Positions 46,476 to 57,022 of a DNA stretch of 64,000 nt are shown here, piece by piece. The translations under genes were made by a program, and so were the position numbers. The notes below the pieces were generated by a model. That model had not been told where the DNA came from, searched no databases, and saw only the letters and a list, made by a program, of their open reading frames with translations. Within the stretch, counting starts at the first letter, position 1, and every line of letters begins with the position of its first letter. The stretch comes from Deltaproteobacteria bacterium (GTDB taxonomy: Bacteria > Myxococcota > Kuafuiibacteriia > Kuafuiibacteriales > Kuafuiibacteriaceae): positions 128,001-192,000 of the forward strand of contig JAVJQW010000070.1 of the NCBI GenBank assembly GCA_040218735.1, written 5' to 3'.

Positions 46476-48002
46476 GTGGAATCCATCATCATCGACGGCC
46501 GCTCGCTCACCATCGAAGACGTCGTTCGCGTCGCGGCCGGCGGGTGCACGGTCTCCCTCGGCGACGACGCGCGCGAAGCGGTGGTCGCCGCGCGCGACCT
46601 CGTGGAGGCGCGGGCGCGCTCCGGGCAACCCGTGTACGGCGTGAACACCGGCTTCGGTTTCCTCGCCAAGGTACGAATTCCCGAGGCGGATCTGTCGCAG
46701 CTTCAGGTGAACCTCATCCGCTCGCACGCGGTGGGGCTCGGCGATCCGCTCCCCGCGGATCAGACCCGCGCGCTCATGCTCCTGCGCGCGAACGTGATGG
46801 CGACCGGCAACTCGGGCGTGCGGCTCGAGACCCTTCAGCTGCTCCTCGACTTCCTCAATGCGGACATCCTCCCGGTCATCCCCAAGAAGGGCAGCGTCGG
46901 CGCCTCGGGGGACCTCGCCCCCCTCGCCCACCTCGCGCTCGCGATGATCGGCGAGGGCGAGGTCGTCGTGAACGGGCAGCGGCGCCCGAGCGCCGAGGTC
47001 ATGGCCGAGCACGACCTCGCGCCGCTCACCCTCGGGCCCAAGGAGGGGCTGTGCCTGATCAACGGCACGCAGGTGATGAGCGCGCTGGGGGTCCTCGCGC
47101 TCCACCGCGCCGAGCGCCTGACCGCGTTCGCCGACGTCGCGGGAGCGATGAGCCTGGAGGGCAACAAGGGCACGGTGGTCGCGTTCGATCCGCGCATCCA
47201 CCAGGTCCGCCCTCACGCGGGCCAGCTGCAGAGCGCCGAGAACCTCCGCAAGCTCCTCGCGGACAGCCGCATCGGCGACAGCCACGCCGACTGCGACCGC
47301 GTGCAGGACGCGTACAGCTTCAGGTGCATGCCGCAGGTCCACGGGGCGACGCGCGACGTGCTCGGCTTCGTTCGCAAGACGCTGGAGGTGGAGATCAACA
47401 GCGCCACCGACAACCCGCTCGTGTTCGCCGACGACGACGTGATGCTCTCCGGCGGCAACTTCCACGGGCAGCCGCTCGCGTTTGCGCTCGACTTCCTCGC
47501 GATCGCGGTGAGCGAGCTCGCGAACATCTCGGACCGGCGCGTCGAGCAGCTGATCGATCCCGCGCTCTCCGACCTCCCCGCATTCCTCGTGAAGAACCCC
47601 GGGCTCAACAGCGGCTTCATGATCGCGCAGGTCACCGCCGCGAGCCTGGTGAACGAGAACAAGGTGCTCGTGTATCCCGCGAGCGCCGACTCGATCCCGA
47701 CTTCGGCGAACCGCGAGGACCACGTCTCGATGGGGATGACGAGCGCGCGCAAGGCGCTGGAGGTCGTCGACAACACCGAGGCCTGCCTCGCCATCGAGCT
47801 GCTCTGCGCCTGCCAGGCGATCGACCTCATCGGTGAATCACCGGGCGTCGGCGTCGCGGCGGCCCACCGCGCGGTCCGGGAGGTGGTGCCGTTCATGGAG
47901 ACGGATCGCGTCCTGCACCCGGACGTGGAGGCCGTCATCGACGGGTCGCGCTCCGGCCGAATCCTGGCGGCGGTCGAAGAGGTGATCGGGGCGCTGTCGT
48001 GA
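46476..48002 (+). CDS. hutH: Histidine ammonia-lyase
   Basis: 'YGVNTGFG', 'LIRSH', MIO-forming 'GASGD', 'QDAYSFRC', 'GGNFHG', 'EDHVSM'. Confidence 0.95.
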   Translation: MESIIIDGRSLTIEDVVRVAAGGCTVSLGDDAREAVVAARDLVEARARSGQPVYGVNTGFGFLAKVRIPEADLSQLQVNLIRSHAVGLGDPLPADQTRALMLLRANVMATGNSGVRLETLQLLLDFLNADILPVIPKKGSVGASGDLAPLAHLALAMIGEGEVVVNGQRRPSAEVMAEHDLAPLTLGPKEGLCLINGTQVMSALGVLALHRAERLTAFADVAGAMSLEGNKGTVVAFDPRIHQVRPHAGQLQSAENLRKLLADSRIGDSHADCDRVQDAYSFRCMPQVHGATRDVLGFVRKTLEVEINSATDNPLVFADDDVMLSGGNFHGQPLAFALDFLAIAVSELANISDRRVEQLIDPALSDLPAFLVKNPGLNSGFMIAQVTAASLVNENKVLVYPASADSIPTSANREDHVSMGMTSARKALEVVDNTEACLAIELLCACQAIDLIGESPGVGVAAAHRAVREVVPFMETDRVLHPDVEAVIDGSRSGRILAAVEEVIGALS

Positions 48003-48045
48003 CGTTTATTCCACCCCCGGGTCCGTGCCACACTCCCCCCGACCG

Positions 48046-49470
48046 ATGCCCGTCCCACAGATAGGCTTTCGGGCGGCCTACGGCTCGAACCGCGCGCTCG
48101 ACGCGGATTACTCGGCGTTCATCACGCACGGCGCGCTGATCGTGAGGATCCGCGCCACGGACGCGCCGGACCCGGACACGCCAGTGCGCCTGCGGATCGT
48201 CGCCCCCGGCGAGCACACCTTCGACTTCGACGGCGTCGCCGGCCAGATGCTGAAGAAGGGCCTCATGGTCTCCTTCGAGGACGCTGCGGAGGCCCGCACC
48301 GCCATCGCTGGGTTCATCGCGAGCGAAGGGTTCAAGCGGGCCGTGAGCGGCGAGCCCGAGGACGCGATGAAGCCGCCCACCTTCGCCAAATTCGATCCCG
48401 CGAGCGCGCCGGCGCCCGCACCGGCCGACGATCCCTTCGACGACGCGACCCCGATCGACCAACCCGGTGCGCCGCTGCACCCGGACATCGATACGGCGCC
48501 GCAGGTGATCGAGCGGGACCCGACGACCGGGCTGCACCCGGACATCGACACGGTCGCGCGGAAGAAGCGGAAGAAGAAGGCGGCCGCGGTCGGCCTGCAC
48601 CCGGACATCGACAAGCTCCCCGCGAAGCGCGGCGCGGCCGCACAACGCGCGGAGAAGGGCTCGACGACGATCCGCAAGCCGGCGCCGAGCTCGGAGTTCA
48701 CGGTGTTCGTCGTGAAGTACGCGACGGTGGCGGACTTCGTGGAAGTGAAGGACGACTTCGAGCGCGACGCGACGCTCCCGATCCCGGCGGATCCGTCGGA
48801 CCTGGAGATCAACGACGTCGCGCGCGTGAAGGTCACCCTCCCCGGCCGCAACGTCTACGAGCTCGACGGGGTCGTCGAGGGCCTCGGCGCGGACACGGTG
48901 CTGGTGCGCGTCGACGAAAACGACGAGACCTTCCGCAAGCTGGTCCTCTACCCGACGACGATCGCGGCGCGGAAGCGGCTCGAGACCGAGCGCCCCGAGG
49001 ACCGCGGGCCGCCGACGGTGATCAAGCTGACGGACGTCGCGCCGGACGAGGACTTCGACAAGATGCCCATCCGGCGCCGCCTGGCGCGCATGGGCATGGA
49101 CGACAAGATCAACATGGCGCTCTCCGGCAACCGCGAGGAGCGAATGGCGCTCGCGATGGACGGCAACCGCGCCGTCCACCACTACCTGCTGAAGAACGCC
49201 AAGATCACCCTCGACGAGATCGCGTTCATGTCGCGCCTGCCGAGCCTCAACCCGGACGTGCTCGACAAGATCGCCGAGAACCCGATGTACACGCAGAACC
49301 CGACGGTGACGAAGGCGCTGGTCTACAACCCGAAGACGCCGATCCGCACCGCGATCCGGCTCCTGGATCGGCTGCCGCGCCCGGAGATCATGAACCTGGC
49401 GAAGCGCTCGAACATGAACCTGCGCCTGGTGATGGCGGCGAAGAAGAAGATCGAGCGCTTCAAGGGCTGA
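48046..49470 (+). CDS. Hypothetical protein: two PilZ-like beta domains, LHPDID-repeat linker, helical-repeat C-terminus
   Basis: High GC3; 'KYATVADFV...VKVTLPG...LDGVV'; C-terminal 'LKNAKIT..E...ALVYNPKTP'. Confidence 0.65.
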   Translation: MPVPQIGFRAAYGSNRALDADYSAFITHGALIVRIRATDAPDPDTPVRLRIVAPGEHTFDFDGVAGQMLKKGLMVSFEDAAEARTAIAGFIASEGFKRAVSGEPEDAMKPPTFAKFDPASAPAPAPADDPFDDATPIDQPGAPLHPDIDTAPQVIERDPTTGLHPDIDTVARKKRKKKAAAVGLHPDIDKLPAKRGAAAQRAEKGSTTIRKPAPSSEFTVFVVKYATVADFVEVKDDFERDATLPIPADPSDLEINDVARVKVTLPGRNVYELDGVVEGLGADTVLVRVDENDETFRKLVLYPTTIAARKRLETERPEDRGPPTVIKLTDVAPDEDFDKMPIRRRLARMGMDDKINMALSGNREERMALAMDGNRAVHHYLLKNAKITLDEIAFMSRLPSLNPDVLDKIAENPMYTQNPTVTKALVYNPKTPIRTAIRLLDRLPRPEIMNLAKRSNMNLRLVMAAKKKIERFKG

Positions 49471-49499
49471 GGCCGGCCCGAGGCCTGACACCCAGAGGC

Positions 49500-50699
49500 T
49501 CAGCCGATCACGCGGTCGTTGATCAGGTCGGCGAGGATGCGCACAGTGTCGAGGCGCGGCATCCCGGAGAGCGCGATGAGGTCTTCGTAGGTCACGGCGC
49601 CGTCGATCTGCGAGAGGATGAACCCGGCGCGGTGGTTCAGGTTCAGCCAGATCACCTCTTCCCCCGAGATGAGCACGCGCGGCGTCCGTTCGAAGTCGCC
49701 GATCTTGGACTCGTACATCTTCAGGAGGTTCTGCCGTGCGGTCGCGACGAGGCTCTTCGCCGTCGAGGCTTCGGCGGCGTCGTCCGGGATCTGCTCGAGG
49801 AACTCGAGCGCCCCGTTGAAGTCGTGCAGCTGGAAGCGATCCCGCGCGGCGTCCAACAGCGCGGCGGGTGACTGCTGCTGAGGCGGCGGCTCGTAGGCCT
49901 GCCCCTGGACCACGGGGACCTCCTGGTGGGCCGGCACGTCCTGATGGGCGGGACCGTGCTGCTGCGCGGGGACGTCCGGCGTCGGCGGCATCTCCACCGG
50001 ATCGTCGAAGACGATGTCGGCGCCGAGCGGGCCCGGATCCATGTCCGCCGGGAGGTCACCGGTCGCCCGGAGGAAGTCGACGATCTCTTCGCGCGACTGC
50101 GGATCGCCGCGGTTGAAGAACCGATCCCGGTCGAGCTCGGGGAGCGGCGTCGGCTCCGGGACCGCCTCGAAGTCACCCTGCGAGCGCACCGTCACGACCG
50201 AAGTCCGCGACGGCCCCTCGTCCCACGGGTTCGACGACGCCGGTGGGCTGTCGATGCTCGACGGCGTCCGGTAGAGCTGCTCGCCACGCTCGACGAAGTC
50301 GAACGGATCCGTCGACATCCCCTGCGCCGCGGGCGTCGGGATCGTCGGGGCGACGAGCCCCGTCGCCGGGGTCGGCGCTTCGGAGGCCGCGTACGGATCC
50401 AGCGGCGCCGGCTCGCTCACGCCGAGCGGGTTGGACTGCGGACCGCCCGCCATCGGATCGGCGCGGTGCGCGCGGGGGTCTTCGAACGGGTTCGACGACG
50501 AGGCCGGGCCTTTGAACCCGGTGCTCGAAGCGCGCTGGAGCAACCGCAGGCACTCGTGCGCGCGCTGGTTGTGCGGTTCGAGCTCGACGGCGCGCTGCCA
50601 CCACGCCTCCGCCGCGACGAAGTCACTACGTCCGAACCAGTACATGCCGGCCCGTATGCATTCGTCCGCCGTCGGATCGGGCTGCTGGTCGTCCGTCAC
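49500..50699 (-). CDS. TPR + winged-helix-like domain protein
   Basis: N-terminal 'AEAWWQRAVELEPHNQRAHECL'; C-terminal 'YESKIG...AGFILSQIDG..TYEDLIALSGMPRLD'. Confidence 0.7.
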   Translation of the reverse strand: MTDDQQPDPTADECIRAGMYWFGRSDFVAAEAWWQRAVELEPHNQRAHECLRLLQRASSTGFKGPASSSNPFEDPRAHRADPMAGGPQSNPLGVSEPAPLDPYAASEAPTPATGLVAPTIPTPAAQGMSTDPFDFVERGEQLYRTPSSIDSPPASSNPWDEGPSRTSVVTVRSQGDFEAVPEPTPLPELDRDRFFNRGDPQSREEIVDFLRATGDLPADMDPGPLGADIVFDDPVEMPPTPDVPAQQHGPAHQDVPAHQEVPVVQGQAYEPPPQQQSPAALLDAARDRFQLHDFNGALEFLEQIPDDAAEASTAKSLVATARQNLLKMYESKIGDFERTPRVLISGEEVIWLNLNHRAGFILSQIDGAVTYEDLIALSGMPRLDTVRILADLINDRVIG

Positions 50700-50703
50700 G
50701 CGC

Positions 50704-52533
50704 TCAACCCATCTTCTGTGCGACGCCCCTCAGCATGCGCAGCGTACGTTCGAGCGGATCGCGCGCGGTGTTGAGCGCCTCCATCGAACGCCCCTGAGTC
50801 GCGGTCTTGGCTTTGTTCAGCGCCGCCTCGGCCTTGAGGAGCGCCTCCTTCCCGAAGTCCGATCCGCCCATGAAGCTGCGGACCTGCGGGAGGATCGTCT
50901 CGACGTCGCGGATGATCGCATCCACCTCCGCCCGCGCCTTCTCGAAGGCGTCGGCGTGTTTGACGTCCACCGCGTAGTCCGCGGCGTCCTTCGCCATGCG
51001 CTTGATCTCTTCTTCCGTCAGCCCGCTCGTCGCGGTGACGGTGATGCTCTGCTGCTGGCCCGTCTCGAGGTCCTTCGCGGAGACCGACACGATACCGTCC
51101 GCGGAGATCTCGAAGGTCACGTCGACCTCGACCTCCCCGCGCGGTGCCTCCCGCAGGCCGGAGAGGATGAACTCGCCGAGCAGCTCGTTCTCCTCCGCGC
51201 GCAGCGAGTCGCCCTGGAACACCATGATGCGCACCGAGGTCTGGTTGTCCCGGACCGTCGTGAACACGTGGCCGGCGCTGGTCGGCACCGTGGTGTTCTT
51301 CTCGATGATCGTCTGGAAGTACCCGCCAACGATCATGATGCCGAGGTTGTGCGGCGTGACGTCGAGCAGCAGCACGCTCGACTTCTCGTCGAGGAGCGAA
51401 GCGCCCTGAATCGAAGCGCCCAGCGCCACGACCTCGTCCGCGTTCACGCTCTTCGAAGGCGTCAACCCGAAGAACTCCCGCACCATCTCCTGCAGCTTCG
51501 GCGTGCGCGTCTGACCGCCGACGAGGATGACGTCGTCGAGCTGCGTCTTGTCGATCGCGGCGTCCTTGAGCGTCTTGTCGCAGATCTGCAGGCAGCGCTC
51601 GCACAGGTCGATGACGAGGTCTTCGAACTTCTCACGCGTCAGCGTGCGCTGCAGGTGCAGGGCGTCGTTCTTGCCGGTCGAGATGATGAACGGGAGGTTG
51701 ATCTCCGTCTGCGGCGCGCCGGACAGCTCGACCTTCGCCTTCTCGGCGGCATCGCGGATGCGCTGCAGGGCCATGCGGTCCTTGCGGAGGTCGATCTTGT
51801 GTTCCTTCAGGAACCCGAAGACGAGCCACTCGATGATGCGATTGTCGAAGTCCTCGCCGCCCAGGTACGTGTCGCCCGCGGTCGCCATCACCTCGAAGAC
51901 GCCGCTGCCGATCTCCAGGATCGAGATGTCGAACGTGCCACCGCCGAGGTCGAACACCGCGACCTTCCGCTCGACGGTCTTGCCGTACCCGTACGCAAGG
52001 GATGCGGCCGTCGGCTCGTTGATGATGCGGACGACGTCGAGCCCCGCGATCCGCCCGGCGTCCTTCGTCGCCTGACGCTGCCCGTCGTTGAAGTACGCGG
52101 GCACGGTGACCACGCACTTTTCGACGTCGCGCTCGAGGTACTGCTCGGCGATGAGCTTCATCTCCGAGAGGATCATCGAGCTGATCTCCGGGAGGCTGTA
52201 GATGGTGTCGCGCAGCGCGATGCGCACGTCGTGGTGCGGGCCCTCGATCAGCTTGTAGCTGCACGTTTCGAGCGCCGCCGCGACGGCGGGTGAATTCCAT
52301 TTGCGCCCGATGAGGCGCTTGGAGGCGTACACCGTACCCTCCGGATTGGTGATCGACTGCCGCTTGGCGATGTGACCGATCAGCCGCCGACCGCTCTCCG
52401 CGATCGCGACGATCGAGGGCGTCGTCCGGTATCCCGCTCGATTCGGGATCACCTTCGGGACGCCGTCCTCCACGATCGCGACACAGGAGTTGGTCGTGCC
52501 GAGATCGATGCCGATGATGGGCTCATTTGACAC
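50704..52533 (-). CDS. dnaK: Hsp70/DnaK paralog
   Basis: 'GIDLGTTNS', 'TVPAYFND', 'INEPTAA', 'DLGGGTFD', 'LLLDVTP'; no acidic C-terminal tail. Confidence 0.9.
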   Translation of the reverse strand: MSNEPIIGIDLGTTNSCVAIVEDGVPKVIPNRAGYRTTPSIVAIAESGRRLIGHIAKRQSITNPEGTVYASKRLIGRKWNSPAVAAALETCSYKLIEGPHHDVRIALRDTIYSLPEISSMILSEMKLIAEQYLERDVEKCVVTVPAYFNDGQRQATKDAGRIAGLDVVRIINEPTAASLAYGYGKTVERKVAVFDLGGGTFDISILEIGSGVFEVMATAGDTYLGGEDFDNRIIEWLVFGFLKEHKIDLRKDRMALQRIRDAAEKAKVELSGAPQTEINLPFIISTGKNDALHLQRTLTREKFEDLVIDLCERCLQICDKTLKDAAIDKTQLDDVILVGGQTRTPKLQEMVREFFGLTPSKSVNADEVVALGASIQGASLLDEKSSVLLLDVTPHNLGIMIVGGYFQTIIEKNTTVPTSAGHVFTTVRDNQTSVRIMVFQGDSLRAEENELLGEFILSGLREAPRGEVEVDVTFEISADGIVSVSAKDLETGQQQSITVTATSGLTEEEIKRMAKDAADYAVDVKHADAFEKARAEVDAIIRDVETILPQVRSFMGGSDFGKEALLKAEAALNKAKTATQGRSMEALNTARDPLERTLRMLRGVAQKMG

Positions 52534-52557
52534 GCGTCGAGTGCTCCCCGGCTCCGC

Positions 52558-53832
52558 CTAAAAGCCCCACTTGAGCTCGCGCAGCCTCTTCTTCGCCTCT
52601 TTGTAGTTCGGTTTCAGCTCGACCGCACGCGAGAGCTCACGCGCGGCTGCCTTCGCCATTCCGCCTCTCTCGTAGCACAATCCCAGGACAAAGTGCGCCT
52701 CCGGGTCGTCCGGAAGCAGCTGTACGCCCTTCTGCGCATGCGGATTGGCGTCCTGCGGATCCCGGCCGCACATGAGGAGATTGTACGCGAGGCGGACCCG
52801 CGCCTGGCCGTTCTCGGGCGCGATGCGCACGGCGTCCTCGAACGCCTCCACGGCCTCGCGGAAGTTCGTCATGTTCTCGCGGGCCAGCCCACGCTTGATA
52901 TACGGCGCCACGCGGAACTCTCCGGCGGCGGCCTTGAGCTCCTCGACCAGCGCGTCGTATTCCGGCCGGCTGTCGAACGCCGCCGCCGTCTGCGCCGCAC
53001 GGAGGGCGTCGAGCAGCTCGCCGGCGTCGCGCTTGGCCTGCGCCGACTCGTACATCTTCTGCGCTTGCGCGATCCGTTTCACGATCGGGTTCTTCGCCTT
53101 GCGCCGCGCCTTGCGTTCCTCCTCACGCTTGGCATCCCGCTCCCGACGCTTCTGCTTCTTGAGCATCTCGGCGAGATCGTCGTCGCCGACCATGAAGACG
53201 TGTTCTTCGTCGTAGGCCTCGCGTTTTTCGGCGTTCGACAGGATCCCGTAGGCGACCTGCACCTGCTTGAAGATGTCGTCGATCATCTTCTTGAACGAGC
53301 CGAGGTTCCCGCGCCGGAAGCGGTCCGGGTGCCACTCCTTGCTGCGCGCGAAGTAGACCCGCTTGATCGCCTTGGTGTCGTCCGTGCGGCTGGCCTGCAG
53401 CAGCTCGTAGTGCGTCCACTTCTCGAGGTGGGCGTGGAAGAACGCGATCCGCTTCCGCTCGGCGACGGACAGGTCGTTGTCCTCCTGCATCAGCGCGACG
53501 GGGAAGATGTAGTCGCCGAAGTCGATCGTCCCGTCGGCGCCGCTCTTCGCGGAGGGCGCCGCGGTCGGCGCGTCGTCGCCGTAGTACACGACGCCGACCT
53601 TCTCGAGCCGGTCGAGGACGCGGAGGATCTCGGGTTCGGGTTTGCCGACCACGAGCGCGAGCTCGCCGATGGTCGTACGTCCGTCGACGCGGGACGCGAG
53701 GAACCCTTCCTCGACGTTCAATCCGAGCTTCGTGAGGTCGACGTCCTCGCGGATCTTGGGGACGTCGTTTTTGTCGTTCGTGGCGCCCAAGGGCCTCGAA
53801 CCCGATGTTCCACGCTCCCGAGACGTCGTCAA
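52558..53832 (-). CDS. J-domain protein with N-terminal winged-helix-like domain and TPRs
   Basis: 'HYELL...IKRVY...WHPDRF...AYGILSNAEKREAYD'; C-terminal TPRs. Confidence 0.88.
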   Translation of the reverse strand: MTTSRERGTSGSRPLGATNDKNDVPKIREDVDLTKLGLNVEEGFLASRVDGRTTIGELALVVGKPEPEILRVLDRLEKVGVVYYGDDAPTAAPSAKSGADGTIDFGDYIFPVALMQEDNDLSVAERKRIAFFHAHLEKWTHYELLQASRTDDTKAIKRVYFARSKEWHPDRFRRGNLGSFKKMIDDIFKQVQVAYGILSNAEKREAYDEEHVFMVGDDDLAEMLKKQKRRERDAKREEERKARRKAKNPIVKRIAQAQKMYESAQAKRDAGELLDALRAAQTAAAFDSRPEYDALVEELKAAAGEFRVAPYIKRGLARENMTNFREAVEAFEDAVRIAPENGQARVRLAYNLLMCGRDPQDANPHAQKGVQLLPDDPEAHFVLGLCYERGGMAKAAARELSRAVELKPNYKEAKKRLRELKWGF

Positions 53833-55037
53833 GACAGCGACGTGAGCGCCTCTTCGACCACCGCCAACCCCTCGTCGACGTCCTCTCGGGTCAAGACGAG
53901 CGGGGGGACGAAACGCACGACGTCGGGCCCCGCCACGTGGACCAACACGCCGCGCGCGCGGCAGGCGAGCACGACGTCTTTCGCGCCGAACGACAGGCCT
54001 GGCTTCAGCTCGGCGCCCCAGATCAGACCCCGCCCGCGCACCTGGTGTACGACACCGGTGCGCCCGGCGATCGCCTCGAGTCCCGACGCGAGATGGGCGC
54101 CGACCTCCCGCACGCCAGCGAGGAATCCGTCCGCGAGGATGGTGTCCATCACGACGTTACCGGCCGCGCAGGCCATCGGGTTGCCGCCGTAGGTCGTCGC
54201 GTGCGTGCCGTACGCGAGCGACTTGCCGACGTCGCCGCGCGCGACCATCGCGCCGAGCGGGAGCCCGCCGCCGATCCCCTTCGCGAGCGACATGATGTCC
54301 GGGACGACGCCGTCGTGTTCGTAGGCAAACACGTGGCCGGTGCGGCCGACGCCAGCCTGCACCTCGTCGAAGATCAACAGCGCGCCGTTTCTGTCGCAGA
54401 TCTCCCGGACCCGCGCGAGGAAGCCGGCCGGCGGGACGTTCACCCCGCCCTCCCCCTGCAGCGGCTCGATGATCACCGCCGCGGTGTCCTTCGAGACCGT
54501 GGCCTCGAGACCCTCGAGGTCGAACGGCCCGACGTAGTCGAACCCGCCCGGCATCGGCCCGAAGCCCTCGTGGTACTTCGGCTGCGCCGTCGCGGTGAGC
54601 GCGCCGTACGTGCGCCCGTGGAACGACTTCTCGAAGCTGACGATCCGGTTTCGCGTCTTGTCGCCCTGGTCGTGGTGGTAGCGACGGGCGAGCTTGATCG
54701 CGGACTCGTTCGCCTCCGCGCCCGAGTTGCAGAAGTAGACCATGTCCGCGAACGAGCTCGCGACGAGCTTCTCGGCCAGCTCGATGGACGGTGTGTTGTA
54801 GTAGAGGTTCGACGTGTGGAGGATGCGCCCGGCCTGTTCGCGGAGCGCCGCCACCAGCGCCGGGTGTCCGTGCCCCAGGGCGCTCACCGCGATCCCGGAG
54901 GTCAGGTCGAGGTACGGCTTGTCGTCGGCGTCGTAGACGCGGCAACCCTCGCCGCGCACGAGCACGATCTCAGCGGGGCGGATGTTCGGGAAGAAGGGGT
55001 GTTGGGCGCGCTGGACCCAGCCGGCGTTGTCGGTCAT
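53829..55037 (-). CDS. argD: Acetylornithine aminotransferase
   Basis: 'NSGAEANE', 'SFHGRT', 'EPLQGEGG', 'FDEVQ.G.GRTG', 'AKGIGGG'. Confidence 0.9.
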   Translation of the reverse strand: MTDNAGWVQRAQHPFFPNIRPAEIVLVRGEGCRVYDADDKPYLDLTSGIAVSALGHGHPALVAALREQAGRILHTSNLYYNTPSIELAEKLVASSFADMVYFCNSGAEANESAIKLARRYHHDQGDKTRNRIVSFEKSFHGRTYGALTATAQPKYHEGFGPMPGGFDYVGPFDLEGLEATVSKDTAAVIIEPLQGEGGVNVPPAGFLARVREICDRNGALLIFDEVQAGVGRTGHVFAYEHDGVVPDIMSLAKGIGGGLPLGAMVARGDVGKSLAYGTHATTYGGNPMACAAGNVVMDTILADGFLAGVREVGAHLASGLEAIAGRTGVVHQVRGRGLIWGAELKPGLSFGAKDVVLACRARGVLVHVAGPDVVRFVPPLVLTREDVDEGLAVVEEALTSLS

Positions 55038-55047
55038 CGCCCCGGAT

Positions 55048-56424
55048 TCATAACACGAAGCGCGACAGGTCTTCGCTACTGAGCGCGGGCTTCAGCTGCG
55101 CTTGGACGAACGCCGCGTCGATGACGATCGTCTTCTCGCGCCGCTCGGGGGCGTCGAACGAGATGTCGTCGAGGAGCGTCTCCATGATGGTGTGGAGGCG
55201 CCGCGCCCCGATGTTCTCGATCGTCGAGTTCACCTGCGCGGCGATGCGGGCGATCTCCGTCACCGCGTCGTCCGTGAACGACACGTCGAGCCCCTCCGTC
55301 GCGAGGAGCGCGGTGTACTGCTTGAGGAGCGAGTTCTTCGGCTCCTTCAGGATCCGCTCGAACTCGTCGGACGCCAGCGACGACAGCTCCACCCGGATCG
55401 GGAAGCGCCCCTGCAGCTCGGGGATCAGATCCGACACCCGCGCGGTGTGGAACGCACCCGCCGCGATGAAGAGGATGTGGTCGGTGCGGATGCGCCCGTA
55501 CTTGGAGCTGACGGTCGACCCCTCGACGATCGGCAGCAGATCCCGCTGGACCCCCTCCCGCGACACGTCGGGGCCCGAGCCCTTCTTCGCCTGCCCCGAC
55601 GCGACCTTGTCGATCTCGTCGATGAAGATGATCCCGCTCTCCTCCGCGAGCTTCAGCGCGTCGCGGTTGATCTGGTCCATGTCGAGGAGCTTGCCGATCT
55701 CCTCCTCCTTGATGACGTCCTTGGCCTCCGCGACGGTGGCCTTGCGGCGCTTCTTCGGCCCCCCGCCCCGCGACCCGAGCATGTCCTGGAGCTGGAACAC
55801 CATGTCCTGCACGCCCTCGGCCGAGAAGTTCTGCACGAGCGACACCGGCGGCTTCGCCGACACGTGGATCTCCACGGGGCGATCGTCGAGCTTCCCCTCG
55901 CGGAGCATCCGCCGGAACGTCTCGCGGGTCTTGCTCTCCGAGTCCTCGTTCGCGGGGCCGTCCGCGGTGTCCTCGAAGCCCTTGTTCTTGGCGCGCGGGA
56001 GCAGCAGGTCGAGGATGCGCTCCTCCGCAGCCTCCTCGGCGCGGACCTCCACCGCGACTTGGGCCTCCTCCCGCGTGAGGTTCACGGCGACCTCCACGAG
56101 GTCGCGCACCATCGATTCCACATCGCGGCCGACGTAGCCGACCTCCGTGAACTTCGACGCCTCGACCTTCACGAACGGCGCCTTGATCAGCTTGGCGAGG
56201 CGCCGCGCGATCTCGGTCTTACCGACGCCCGTCGGCCCGATCATCAGGATGTTCTTCGGGTGGATCTCGTCGCGCAGCTCCTCGGGCACGCGGTGACGCC
56301 GCCAGCGGTTCCTCAGCGCGATCGCGACGGCGCGCTTCGCCCCGTCCTGACCGATGATGTAGCGGTCGAGCTCGCCGACCGTCTCGCGCGGCGTGAACGC
56401 CTGTCGCATCTGCGCGTCCGTCAT
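55048..56424 (-). CDS. hslU: ATP-dependent protease ATPase subunit HslU
   Basis: 'ALRNRWRR', 'GPTGVGKTE', 'GYVG', 'FIDEIDK', 'GARRL'. Confidence 0.97.
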   Translation of the reverse strand: MTDAQMRQAFTPRETVGELDRYIIGQDGAKRAVAIALRNRWRRHRVPEELRDEIHPKNILMIGPTGVGKTEIARRLAKLIKAPFVKVEASKFTEVGYVGRDVESMVRDLVEVAVNLTREEAQVAVEVRAEEAAEERILDLLLPRAKNKGFEDTADGPANEDSESKTRETFRRMLREGKLDDRPVEIHVSAKPPVSLVQNFSAEGVQDMVFQLQDMLGSRGGGPKKRRKATVAEAKDVIKEEEIGKLLDMDQINRDALKLAEESGIIFIDEIDKVASGQAKKGSGPDVSREGVQRDLLPIVEGSTVSSKYGRIRTDHILFIAAGAFHTARVSDLIPELQGRFPIRVELSSLASDEFERILKEPKNSLLKQYTALLATEGLDVSFTDDAVTEIARIAAQVNSTIENIGARRLHTIMETLLDDISFDAPERREKTIVIDAAFVQAQLKPALSSEDLSRFVL

Positions 56425-56951
56425 GAGCCCAGCTCCTCCACCGTGATGTTCGTGTTCGTGTAGATGCAGATGTCCGCCGCGATCAGGAGGGACTTCTGCA
56501 CGATCTCGGTCGGCGCCAGCTCGGTGTGGGCTGCGAGCGCGCGCGCCGCAGCGAGCGCCATCGGGCCGCCGCTGCCGATCGCCGTGAGGCCTTCGTCGGG
56601 CTCGATGACGTCGCCGTTGCCGGAGATGACGAGGGTCTTCTCGGTGTCGGCGACGAGCAGCATCGCCTCCAGGCGCCGCAGGTAGCGGTCCGTGCGCCAG
56701 TCCTTGGCCAACTCGACGGCGCTCCGCAGGAGCTGTCCGCCGTACTCCGAGAGCTTGCCCTCGAAGCGCTCGAACAGCGTGAAGGCGTCCGCCGTCGCGC
56801 CCGCGAAGCCGGCGAGGACCTTGCCCTCGTGCAGGCGCCGGACTTTCCTCGCCGTCGCTTTGACCACGGTGTTGCCGAGGCTGACCTGGCCGTCGCCGCC
56901 CACCGCGACCAACGGGCCGCGCCGCGCCGTCACGATGGTCGTGCCGTACAT
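56421..56951 (-). CDS. hslV: ATP-dependent protease subunit HslV
   Basis: 'TTIV', 'GDGQV', 'GFAGATADA', 'IGSGG', 'ICIYTN'; alternative GTG start at 56978. Confidence 0.96.
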   Translation of the reverse strand: MYGTTIVTARRGPLVAVGGDGQVSLGNTVVKATARKVRRLHEGKVLAGFAGATADAFTLFERFEGKLSEYGGQLLRSAVELAKDWRTDRYLRRLEAMLLVADTEKTLVISGNGDVIEPDEGLTAIGSGGPMALAAARALAAHTELAPTEIVQKSLLIAADICIYTNTNITVEELGS

Positions 56952-57022
56952 TCGATGTTCGTCGTGGCCTGTGGACACGGGGCCTACTCAGCAAACCACC
57001 CCGTGTGCGTCAAGCGTGGGGC

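Noticed and set aside
46476-48002. Phe/Tyr ammonia-lyase or aminomutase of a secondary-metabolite cluster
   Set aside because: The 'SH' specificity pair indicates histidine; no biosynthetic genes adjacent.
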